Below are positions 9,801 through 15,765 of a stretch of DNA of 16,705 bases, piece by piece; the stretch's first letter is position 1, and each line of letters starts with the position of its first letter. Source of the stretch: Thermoplasmatales archaeon SW_10_69_26 (GTDB lineage Archaea; Thermoplasmatota; SW-10-69-26); NCBI GenBank assembly GCA_003009755.1, contig PXUB01000033.1:1-16705 (forward strand), read 5' to 3'. Both the position numbers and the translations under genes were made by a program. The notes beneath the pieces are model-generated. The model was not told where the DNA came from, ran no database searches, and saw nothing but the letters and a program-made list of their open reading frames with translations.

Positions 9801-12800
9801 GGGTGGCGGAGGGGCCGCCGGTGCCGGCGGCCGCGCCCGCGCTCTTCGTGGCGTGCGCGGCGTTGGACTCGTGGTCGAAGATCGCCAAGCGGTCGATGAT
9901 CTTGGAGTCGCTGGCGTTCTGTGTCTCGTTCGCGAAGGTCTGCCACTCGAAGGCTTCGTGGGATTCGCGTACGCCGCTGTCGAAGTTGGCGTAGCCGACG
10001 TCGCGACCGGTGAAGCCCAGGCACTCGCTGGCGCCCCAGACGCACTCAGAGCCGTAGGTGGTGGATTGGCGGGCCTTGGTGTTGGGCACGTTGAGGGCCA
10101 GGTGCTTCTCGGCAGGCGGGGACCACTCGACGCGGATCGCGCCGTCGTGGTCCAGCAGGTCCCGCACGTTCTCGGCTTCGACGCCCTCCAGGGTGACGGC
10201 GTCGATCAGCCACAGAGCCTTGGCACGGTCGGCGTCGGCGAGATCGCCAAGCGCCTGCTGGTCGTCCTCGGTCGCCTCACGGTCGAGCAGGACCTTCACG
10301 TCGAAGGGGCCCGAGGAGGAGTCCATCTCCTCCTCGAGGGGATCCTGCACGCCATCGCGGTCGGCGTCGTCGTCGAACGGGAGCGTCCACATGCCGGCTT
10401 GCGTGGTGGACGTGGACCCGTCGTCGGTCGAGCCGTCTTGGCCCGATCGGTCGCTGGTGGTGCCGTTGACGGCCACGGTCTCGGGGTCGAGGAAGGCCCC
10501 GTCGGCGGGCTCGTCGATCTCGACGGGCCCGCTGTCGGTGACGAGGACGGTCACCTCGTCGGGCGGCGAGGTCTGCGATCCGTCGTAGTACTCGGCGGAG
10601 ATCGTGACCTCGGTCCCGTCGGCGATGGACGAGAAGTCGTGGTCGAGGTGCCAGTCGCTCCAGTCGCCGCTATCGTCGACGGCTTGCTGGAGGGGGCCAT
10701 CGGCCACGCGCACGTAGACGCCCTCCTGCTGGGGTCCGACGTCGATCGTCGTGCTCGCGGTCGCGGAGCGGTCGCCGGTGTCGGTGACGGTGAGCTCGGC
10801 GTCGGCGTTGAGCTCGCTCTCGTAGGTGTGGTTGACGGTGAACGTGCCGTCGTTGTTCAGCGGAACGTCGAGAGGGGCTGAGCCGTCGCCGGGGTCGAGC
10901 TGGACGGTGTCGATCGGGTCCGAACCGGGGCTCACCTCGCCGGTGAACGTCACGGGTAGCGGAGCGTTACCGGTCGTCGGGTCGGCTGCGAACGCCGCGA
11001 CCGTCGGCGGGTCGGCCTGCTGTGCGTCTTGCAGCTGGTAGTTGCGGCCGGTATCGGAGGAGGATGTTGGCGGAACCGTTTCCTCGGGGCCGCCGCCCGG
11101 AGCGCGGTCCACGGTCGGAAGCACGCTGACGGGGCTGGGCGCCCCGGGCACGCGCATCCGGGACTGGAGGTAGGGCTCGGTGAGACGGTCGCCGACCTCG
11201 AGCGCGTCTCCACCGAGGGCCCCTTCCCAGGCGTCGAAGGGGATCGTGGCGGTGAGGGTGTCGTCTTGGATCTCGACCTCGAACCCGCCTTCGACCTCCG
11301 CCCACCCGGCCCCCTGGGCACCGCAGCCCAGGCAGTAGGCGGAGGCGCTGAACGAGGGGTTCTGGGCACCGTCGGAGAGGATCCAAAGCCCCAGCGTGCG
11401 GCTCTCGTGCTCGAAGTTGAACTCCCACTCGGCCGCGGAGGAGCCGGGGTGGGGCAGTGCCGGATCGAACCCGTGCACGTCGACCGTGGCGGTCAGTGAG
11501 GAGCCGTCGTTGGCGAGGAAGGCGTTCTCGAGGTCCATGCTGCGGTAGGGGTCGGGCAACTCGGCGGGGTCGTCCTCGGCGAGGACGCGGAACCCGTCAG
11601 CGTTGCCGCTGTCGTCCCCGTCACCTTGGCTCGCATCCGCGACCGGCAGCTCGATGTGCGAGGGCGTGGTCGGGCTGTCGTAGTACACGCTGTAGGCGGG
11701 GCCGACGTTCGCGTATTCGACCCAGAAGCGGAGCTGGAGCTCGGCGCCCTCGTCGACGACGATGTCGCCATCATCGTCGGTGGGAACGGTGAGGTTGCTG
11801 GTCGACTCGTCGTACTCGGAGCCGTTCAGGACCTTCTCGTAGTTCTTCCCGAGCTTGAGCGGGATCGAGGCCTCGGTGGGGATCTGGTTGGGGAACGGAC
11901 CGTCGTCGGTGTACGTGGAGGCCAGCGTCACCGTGCCGCTGTCCGTGACGGCGTTCAGTTCGGCGTTGAGGCCCTTCACGAATACGGTGTTGCTCCACGT
12001 GGAGATGTGGAGGTTGGCGGTGGCCTCGTCGACGGTGTCGGGGTCATCGTCGCCGAGATGGAGCTCCTGGGCGAGAGGCCCGCTGTCGATCTGGAGGGGC
12101 AGCGTGTCGAGGCTGCCGCTGTGGACGGTCGGCGCCTCGCCGTGGGGCTCGGCGGTCGAGAGGTCGCCGCCCGCGACGCCGAGGTCGCCGCCTTCGATCG
12201 TGGCGGGCGCCGTCAGCTCGGCGCCGTCGGCGTCGGGTGCTCGGTCGTCGGGGGTGAGCCCGTCGGCCGAGGCGGTGTAGGATGTGACATGTAGGTTCGT
12301 GATGGGATCGCCAGGGGAGGCGCCGATCTCCGTCCACGGGATGGTGACGGTCACGGCGTCGTCGGCGAGGTCGGCGGTCACCGTGGCACTGGTGTCTGCA
12401 TCGACGGCGTCGGTCACCGTGGGTCCGTTCGCGCCGAGCTGCACGGCGTACCGGTGGGCTTGGCCGGCGTGCTCGAAGGCGAGATGCCAGGCGGTCGGGG
12501 CCAGGCGGGCGTCCTCGACGTCGCCGGCGAGGTCGGCGGTGACGTCCAGCGTCTCCTCGTCGGTGGCGGTCCCGAGGCTTCGGATGTCGGCTTCGCTCGT
12601 GGATGCGTCTCCGGCGTCGTCGGTTGTTGCGGTCTGCGTGAGGTCGCCGTCGACGCGGGCGTCGAGTGTGAGTTGGGACCGGTAGAGGTCGGAGCCGTCC
12701 CACTTGAGCCGAGTGGCCTCGCTCCCGGCGAAGAAGTCCGGCGTGAGGCCGACCATGATCTTGTTGCCCTGCTCGAAGGTGTAGGAGTCGGCGCCGGAGT

Positions 12801-15687
12801 GCTGGTAGGCCAGCCGGTTCTGCATGCAAGCGCCGTCGACCGGGTCGTTGTCGAGGAGGGTGGCGTTCGCGTACTCGTTCCCCGGGTTGCTCAACGCGAG
12901 CTGGCTCTGGCCGTCACTGATCTCGTACACGTCAGCGAAGAACAGGCCACCGCCGCTGTCGGCGATGCAGGTCGTGAGCGAGGCGCCTTGGGCGACCGTC
13001 CAGGGGTTGCCGTCGGTGTCGGTGATCGTCTCCACACCCTGGGCCAGCGTGATGTCCGCGGGCAGGGGCTCGGAGACGAAGACAGCCGGGTGCTCCTCGA
13101 CGACGTCAGCCTCGTCGGCGAAGGTCTGCTGGGCGATACCGCTGAGGCCACCGCCGACGAGCGCGTTCTTGGGATCGTTGCCCGGCGTGGGGGACATGGT
13201 GCCTTTGACGGTGTAGGCGTCGTCCGGAGCCGGTTCGGGCGCGTCGGCGAGCGTGCCGTTGTGATAGTGGAAGCCGATCGTTCGGGTCTCGTCCGTGGGC
13301 GTCACGCATTCCTCGACCGTGTTGGTGTCCGTGGCGCCGGTGCTGTCCTGGGTGCGAACCGCGAAGCAGGTCTCCTGGCCAGCGGTCAGGCCGTCGACGG
13401 TCGTGGAGAGGTCGGTCGTCTCCTGGATGGCGGTTTCGTAGTCGATCTCGGGGGTGCCCTGGTAGACGAGATACGTGTAGGGCTGTTCGCCGCCGCTGGC
13501 CTCGTCCCATGCGAGCTCGGCCGTGGTCTGCTCGGCCTCGGCGGTCTTGGCGGTCTGGAGGCCCGCGAAGGTTTGCGGGGTCGTGTCGGAGCCGCCGGAA
13601 CTGCCGGCCGTTCCGGCGATCCGCGTCTCGCCGGACACGCGATCGCCCTCGCTCGGGGTCGTGATGGAGACCGAGGGGGCCTCGACGTCGCTGCCGACGG
13701 TCGCGGTCGTTGTGGCGGTAGCGGTGGTGCCGGTGTCGTCGGTGACGGTTAACGTGACGTCGTAGACCCCCGATTGGTCGTAGGCGTAGGTGAAGCTTGC
13801 ACCGGTCTCCGTGGTCCCGTCACCAAGGTTCCAGGTGAACTCGTAGGGGGAGTCGCCATTGCTGGCGGTCCCGGTGAACGCGATCTCCTGGCCGGTCGCG
13901 GCGGTGTACGGGCCGCCGGCGTCGGCGGTGAGGGAGGTGGCCAAGCCGCAGACCTCTGTCACGGTCGTCGAGGGCGTGGCTCCGTTGGGCTGGAGGACGT
14001 TGGCCCAGGCCCAGCAGAGCGCGCCGAAGGCGGAGACCTCGCCGTAACCGAACCCGTTGTTCCACGTCAGTCCGTCGGCGCCGGGTCCCTCCCACTTGTC
14101 GATCATGTCGTCGGGGACGCCAGCCGTCCGGTAGTCGGCGGCGTGGATGAGGGCGTCGCGGACCGGATGCTCGCCCGGCACGTGGTCGCCGTTGTTGTCG
14201 AAGCCGCGTCCGTCGGGCTCCATCAGGTTCTCGCCACCGGTCTCGTCGCTGACCTCGGCACCGGCCTGCAGCAGGAGGGCCGAGATGCCCGCGACGTGCG
14301 GAGTAGACATGCTCGTCCCCGTCTTCTCGGTCCGTGTGCTGATGGCGCCACATTCCGTGATGGCGCAGGCCGCCTCGATATCGGTGCCCGGGGCGGTGAT
14401 GTCGGGCTTGCGGTGACGGTCGGCGAGATCATCAGCGCCGGTGGCACCACCGGCAGCGCCGTCGCCGCCTCCGCCCTCGCTGTTGGGTCCCCGGCTGCTG
14501 GAGGGGTTGATCCGGTCGTCGATGCGCGAGATCGTGGAGCGATCGTCGGCGTTCGCGACGCCGAGGGCGCCGGCGGCGTTGCCGGGGCTGGAGATGCCGT
14601 TCTCCTTGTCCCCGAAATCGCACAGGCTGGAGGGCTGGGGACCGCAGTTGCCGACGGCGATCGTGACGGCGACGCCCTGCTCGGCCAGGTTCGTGATCGC
14701 GGACTCGGCGCTGCCGGCGTTGGGGCCGCCGCGACCTGCCGAGCCGAAGCTGAGCGTGGCGACGTTGATCTTGTCGTCTTCGCTGGCGCCGCACTTCGGC
14801 TCGCCGTTCTCGATGGCCTGGTTCCACTCGTGCACGAACTCGAAGCCGCGGAGCGAGCCGCCCAGCGAGACGATGCCACCGCTGATCTCGACCTCCACGA
14901 GCTGGGCCTCGGGCGCGGTCCCGCCGGCCGCCTCAGCGGGGTTGCCGACGGCGGTCGAGGCGACGTGGGTGCCGTGGCCGGAGCGGTCCTGGTTGTCGAC
15001 GCACTCGATCGTCTGCGGTGTCGAGACGTCGGCTCCCGCGACCCGCTTGCCGCTCGGGAAGGCCGGGTTGGTGTTGTCGACGCCACTGTCGAGCACCGCG
15101 ACGACGGAGCCTTCACCCTGGTATCCCAGCGTACCGGCGGTTTCGCCGGCGTAGGGGCCCTCGAGTGCGCCAGCGTCCCGGGACTGGGTCGCCGGTGCGC
15201 TGACGTCGAGCGTGCGGTTGAGTTCGTAGTCGTGCTCCACGGCGACGACGCCGTCGAGGTCGCCCAGCGCGCCGACTTCGTCGGCGGGGACTTGGGCGTT
15301 GATCGTCGGGATGAAGCTGAACCGATAGGTCTCGACGGCCCCGTGGGAGGAGGCGAGGCGGTCGACGTCGGTCTTCGTCGGATCGTGGTCGTAGGTGAGC
15401 AGGACGGGGACGAGCTTGTCGGGGTTCCCGTCATCGACGTGCCCTTGGGCGATGGCCTCGGCTTCGTCGTCGACGAGGTTGTCGTCCTCGTCGAAGGCGT
15501 CGAGCCACGGTCCGACCCAGTCGGGGGCCGAGCCGCCGCTCGTCGTGGCGGCGGTACCGGTCGGGACCACGGAGGTCAGGGGTCCCGCCAGCATGGCGAC
15601 GGCGAGGAGCACGGGGAAGAGAGTCGTTTCCGAGAGCTTAGCAGCCGATCCGACGACGCTGGAGAACTGTGTGAAGCGATCGCTCAA
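3889..15687 (-). CDS. Giant (3932 aa) secreted double-subtilase: two S8 serine peptidase units with PKD, FN3, Ig-like, DOMON-like, jelly-roll and beta-helix domains
   Basis: Uninterrupted ORF. TTG start with GGGAGG 8 nt upstream. Hydrophobic N-terminal segment LFPVLLAVAMLAGPLTSVV..TAA. Two full S8 catalytic sets: D200/H238/N347/S459 and D1903/H1945/N2043/S2134. Eight PKD motifs (WNLGDG, LDPGDG, WELGDD, VDWGDG, WEFGDG, FTPGDD, WSMGDG, FDPGDG), two FN3-like domains and a terminal beta-helix ending DARYNDWG..QPYKDG. Confidence 0.95.
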   Translation of the reverse strand: MSDRFTQFSSVVGSAAKLSETTLFPVLLAVAMLAGPLTSVVPTGTAATTSGGSAPDWVGPWLDAFDEDDNLVDDEAEAIAQGHVDDGNPDKLVPVLLTYDHDPTKTDVDRLASSHGAVETYRFSFIPTINAQVPADEVGALGDLDGVVAVEHDYELNRTLDVSAPATQSRDAGALEGPYAGETAGTLGYQGEGSVVAVLDSGVDNTNPAFPSGKRVAGADVSTPQTIECVDNQDRSGHGTHVASTAVGNPAEAAGGTAPEAQLVEVEISGGIVSLGGSLRGFEFVHEWNQAIENGEPKCGASEDDKINVATLSFGSAGRGGPNAGSAESAITNLAEQGVAVTIAVGNCGPQPSSLCDFGDKENGISSPGNAAGALGVANADDRSTISRIDDRINPSSSRGPNSEGGGGDGAAGGATGADDLADRHRKPDITAPGTDIEAACAITECGAISTRTEKTGTSMSTPHVAGISALLLQAGAEVSDETGGENLMEPDGRGFDNNGDHVPGEHPVRDALIHAADYRTAGVPDDMIDKWEGPGADGLTWNNGFGYGEVSAFGALCWAWANVLQPNGATPSTTVTEVCGLATSLTADAGGPYTAATGQEIAFTGTASNGDSPYEFTWNLGDGTTETGASFTYAYDQSGVYDVTLTVTDDTGTTATATTTATVGSDVEAPSVSITTPSEGDRVSGETRIAGTAGSSGGSDTTPQTFAGLQTAKTAEAEQTTAELAWDEASGGEQPYTYLVYQGTPEIDYETAIQETTDLSTTVDGLTAGQETCFAVRTQDSTGATDTNTVEECVTPTDETRTIGFHYHNGTLADAPEPAPDDAYTVKGTMSPTPGNDPKNALVGGGLSGIAQQTFADEADVVEEHPAVFVSEPLPADITLAQGVETITDTDGNPWTVAQGASLTTCIADSGGGLFFADVYEISDGQSQLALSNPGNEYANATLLDNDPVDGACMQNRLAYQHSGADSYTFEQGNKIMVGLTPDFFAGSEATRLKWDGSDLYRSQLTLDARVDGDLTQTATTDDAGDASTSEADIRSLGTATDEETLDVTADLAGDVEDARLAPTAWHLAFEHAGQAHRYAVQLGANGPTVTDAVDADTSATVTADLADDAVTVTIPWTEIGASPGDPITNLHVTSYTASADGLTPDDRAPDADGAELTAPATIEGGDLGVAGGDLSTAEPHGEAPTVHSGSLDTLPLQIDSGPLAQELHLGDDDPDTVDEATANLHISTWSNTVFVKGLNAELNAVTDSGTVTLASTYTDDGPFPNQIPTEASIPLKLGKNYEKVLNGSEYDESTSNLTVPTDDDGDIVVDEGAELQLRFWVEYANVGPAYSVYYDSPTTPSHIELPVADASQGDGDDSGNADGFRVLAEDDPAELPDPYRSMDLENAFLANDGSSLTATVDVHGFDPALPHPGSSAAEWEFNFEHESRTLGLWILSDGAQNPSFSASAYCLGCGAQGAGWAEVEGGFEVEIQDDTLTATIPFDAWEGALGGDALEVGDRLTEPYLQSRMRVPGAPSPVSVLPTVDRAPGGGPEETVPPTSSSDTGRNYQLQDAQQADPPTVAAFAADPTTGNAPLPVTFTGEVSPGSDPIDTVQLDPGDGSAPLDVPLNNDGTFTVNHTYESELNADAELTVTDTGDRSATASTTIDVGPQQEGVYVRVADGPLQQAVDDSGDWSDWHLDHDFSSIADGTEVTISAEYYDGSQTSPPDEVTVLVTDSGPVEIDEPADGAFLDPETVAVNGTTSDRSGQDGSTDDGSTSTTQAGMWTLPFDDDADRDGVQDPLEEEMDSSSGPFDVKVLLDREATEDDQQALGDLADADRAKALWLIDAVTLEGVEAENVRDLLDHDGAIRVEWSPPAEKHLALNVPNTKARQSTTYGSECVWGASECLGFTGRDVGYANFDSGVRESHEAFEWQTFANETQNASDSKIIDRLAIFDHESNAAHATKSAGAAAGTGGPSATHVGAAPAAGVLNVQALSEPDPNTGTVATRTCEALEKTIDHPADIRVASLSYGSVVPISSADDTCINQAAEQGLVVVTSSGNFGTMGSPATAERAITVGNIDTLNSVSRIDDVPCHGAGGFAKGWISPCGASGSVAASDTTIDKPEVMAPGVCVAMPTSANDNAYNECSSGTSFSAPIVAGVVALMYEANPDLTPTEVKEILTQTAHVGDQEPTGQWAPVVGYGNVDAYLAVQEARDRYDPDDAFTADAGGPYETAPDVETTLSASASGGTPEYSYKWELGDDNTKTGAEIAHTWTQAGEYDVTLTVTDADDQQATDTTTVTVADDLTVAITEPDDGASVSDDLTVTGDAHVPSPDPSLSLDDPLWTDPEGDASLFGAGSFPLDRADMVAGYAWGDEGPSDDRFNLGIGVADLPEQPTNAEYLRYGVQFSYADQEFWLDSKINPVFSAENQDTNLTPEFRLLTRAEPAPGEAASQWSFEQYVDGYWAPEDDLVAFNVSKTAIQDSGGNSVQDGERLTDLLGIVSLGANGASGPADTGQAPAGTDVTVSPEASEGQVTVEIPELGTKTVDATADWSATFDTTQADDGDTSITARVTAGSTTDEDVVGVTVNNEADTPGPSVTIETPAQDETVDGTVTIAGTAEDPTSADSTSTTSEGGILVEPLTPTESKAPLSTQIRTHTEGTITEWRVDWGDGTSLTGFGTPPAVLDHVYEEPGTHELTLTATLLDGSTVADTVTVQAHGHAGGEPSPSQDTLFFHLRDEDGDSTIDSQWTSADEDDPESNAGGSTSISVAGDGTDTFPLLPAPSQELLVRPGGVGQAQLTFSAPADIEAEIQLDVLVDGQKRASGSTTANFIAQQPNTVTFDVLVDDDWDGTVPKGAAVDVVVTYRTQDDNSVDLRGEETDSWQLTLPFTDSIDDGSVGTVEPRTFHPDDVLATLQQRSGATDSCTGLQGPLTETEPTGESASHTAFGCTEEPLEMVFTTTLDSDLEIAAGETVSVRTGVSGFPCGDCALAPIDVSAQVGTASEPGAVGETGATVGPLTFQEYPWMVDLTFDSGAPTTLAAGSTLQLAITFDSSQELDAYFGPPHAVFGGGPDNPWSLTVPEVTEPTAPAQVTGLEATAGDEQVHLDWTPVDGAEDYRVYRDGSQVAEITETRYTDTDVINGQSYGYTVSAVADGVEGPTSDTVTATPEAETTDERVEVTVTRLADGETVFGPTDADGVQSWSTGWDSTQVGDGDYSASALYTTQDGDQVRDTVAFAVDNVADNEPPRIQSFAADPSRADVDQPVNFTVNLSQGTSPVTYEWEFGDGSTLTTTDNSTVTHAYTEPGRYDVNVTATNDAGQDTATTDVAAVGDRYVEFREETADESLGAEEDWRPATATGPNGSWATWTYDWDASSSKGDVGIEARYFDGLDMNGPTRNDVTVTTAPDAVLDASPTTTDMNTTVTLDGSASADPDGTVTTYRFTPGDDSGSVTTDAATIEHNYTEPGTYNATLTVRDDDGRWSTLDTVEIVAENLAPTAAVQAPDEIATFTPATFDATDSQDPDGAIQSYRWSMGDGTSLTGATVNHTYEAQGTYTVELTVEDSNGATDDATHTIEVLNQAPRAALDVSPERDLTYTERTLDAGNSTDVDGSIAEYVFDPGDGTDPIRTEDPTLTHTYEQQGTFAATVQVVDDDGATSTRATVDVTVENRAPEIAPIPDQTVEEMTTLRVPVDVSDRDNTEAELTVDASGLPEGATFDADARELTWRPTADQAGTYTVTFSANDTYVTVEESVQITVEDVPRAARTSEDLGYQTIDEALAAVPTDGTVWVEPGNYTGPFTVDTPGVTLCGSTDAADRCLSEPSVNLTAPQGTALTLAAEGTSLQGVRLNDTARGAHVTAPSTMIEHVELDELNEGVLVEDVDGQAAPTGSLMWASTCTLDTSVCLTFTDATNGLTYDARYNDWGVYTDLLVEQRFEENGNDVIYQPYKDG
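3892..4440 (-). other. C-terminal short right-handed beta-helix module
   Basis: YQTIDEALAAV..GTVWVEPGNY..VTLCG (N-cap) through YDARYNDWG..YQPY (C-cap). Confidence 0.75.
4465..4737 (-). other. Putative Ig / cadherin-like (He_PIG-type) domain
   Basis: NRAPEIAPIPDQTVEE..SDRD..ASGLPEGATFD..LTWRPTADQAGTYTVTFSAND..VQITVED. Confidence 0.8.
4738..5525 (-). repeat. Three tandem PKD domains in the C-terminal stalk of the giant protease
   Basis: Three ~88-aa units with the pattern AP.A...P......T.D...S.D.DG.I/V..Y....GD......H.Y...GT....L/V.V.D..G. Confidence 0.88.
6235..6485 (-). other. Fibronectin type III-like domain 2
   Basis: PAQVTGLEATAGDEQVHLDWTPVDGAEDYRVYRDG..YTDTDVINGQSYGYTVSAV..EGPTS. Confidence 0.85.
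9100..10392 (-). other. Internal propeptide + subtilisin S8 catalytic domain 2 (approximate bounds)
   Basis: LWLIDAVTLEGVEAENVRDLLDHDGAIRVEW (pro), GFTGRDVGYANFDSG, AHATKSAGAAAG, VVVTSSGN, KPEVMAPG, SGTSFSAPIVAGVVALMYEANPDLTPTEVKEIL, GYGNVDAYLAV. Confidence 0.9.
13297..13587 (-). other. Fibronectin type III-like domain 1
   Basis: TFAGL..AELAWDEA..YTYLVY..TTVDGLTAGQETCFAVRTQD. Confidence 0.75.
14015..15525 (-). other. Propeptide (I9-like) + subtilisin S8 catalytic domain 1 (approximate bounds)
   Basis: YRFSFIPTINAQVPADEVGALGDLDGVVAVEHD (pro), GYQGEGSVVAVLDSG, GHGTHVASTAVG, IAVGN, SSSRGP, KPDITAPG, GTSMSTPHVAG, GYGEV. Confidence 0.93.
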
Positions 15688-15695
15688 GCTTGACG

Positions 15696-15701
15696 CCTCC
15701 C
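15696..15701 (-). promoter_or_regulatory. Shine-Dalgarno site supporting the TTG start at 15687
   Basis: Minus strand reads AGGGAGG-cgtcaagc-TTG (8-nt spacer). Confidence 0.7.
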
Positions 15702-15765
15702 TGGGCGGCCTCCGCCTTCGGATCGGCGCCGAAGACGTCGGACCTCCAAGGTGAATGACCCACCC

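Noticed and set aside
10380-10410. Met just before the second propeptide (QAG-MWTLPF) as the start of a separate gene or a fusion artefact
   Set aside because: There is no SD, no signal peptide and no upstream stop. The frame is continuous and the split-Ig halves span this point.
13255-13275. HN dipeptide (FHYHNG) as a possible intein end explaining the large insertions
   Set aside because: It is followed by Gly rather than Cys/Ser/Thr, and I saw no Hint or LAGLIDADG motifs. The inserts are ordinary extracellular domains.
66-15434. Many R/P/S-rich alternative-frame minus-strand ORFs (e.g. 4310..5650, 7310..8380, 14223..15434)
   Set aside because: They are off-frame readings inside motif-supported CDSs, with the composition typical of GC-rich non-coding frames.
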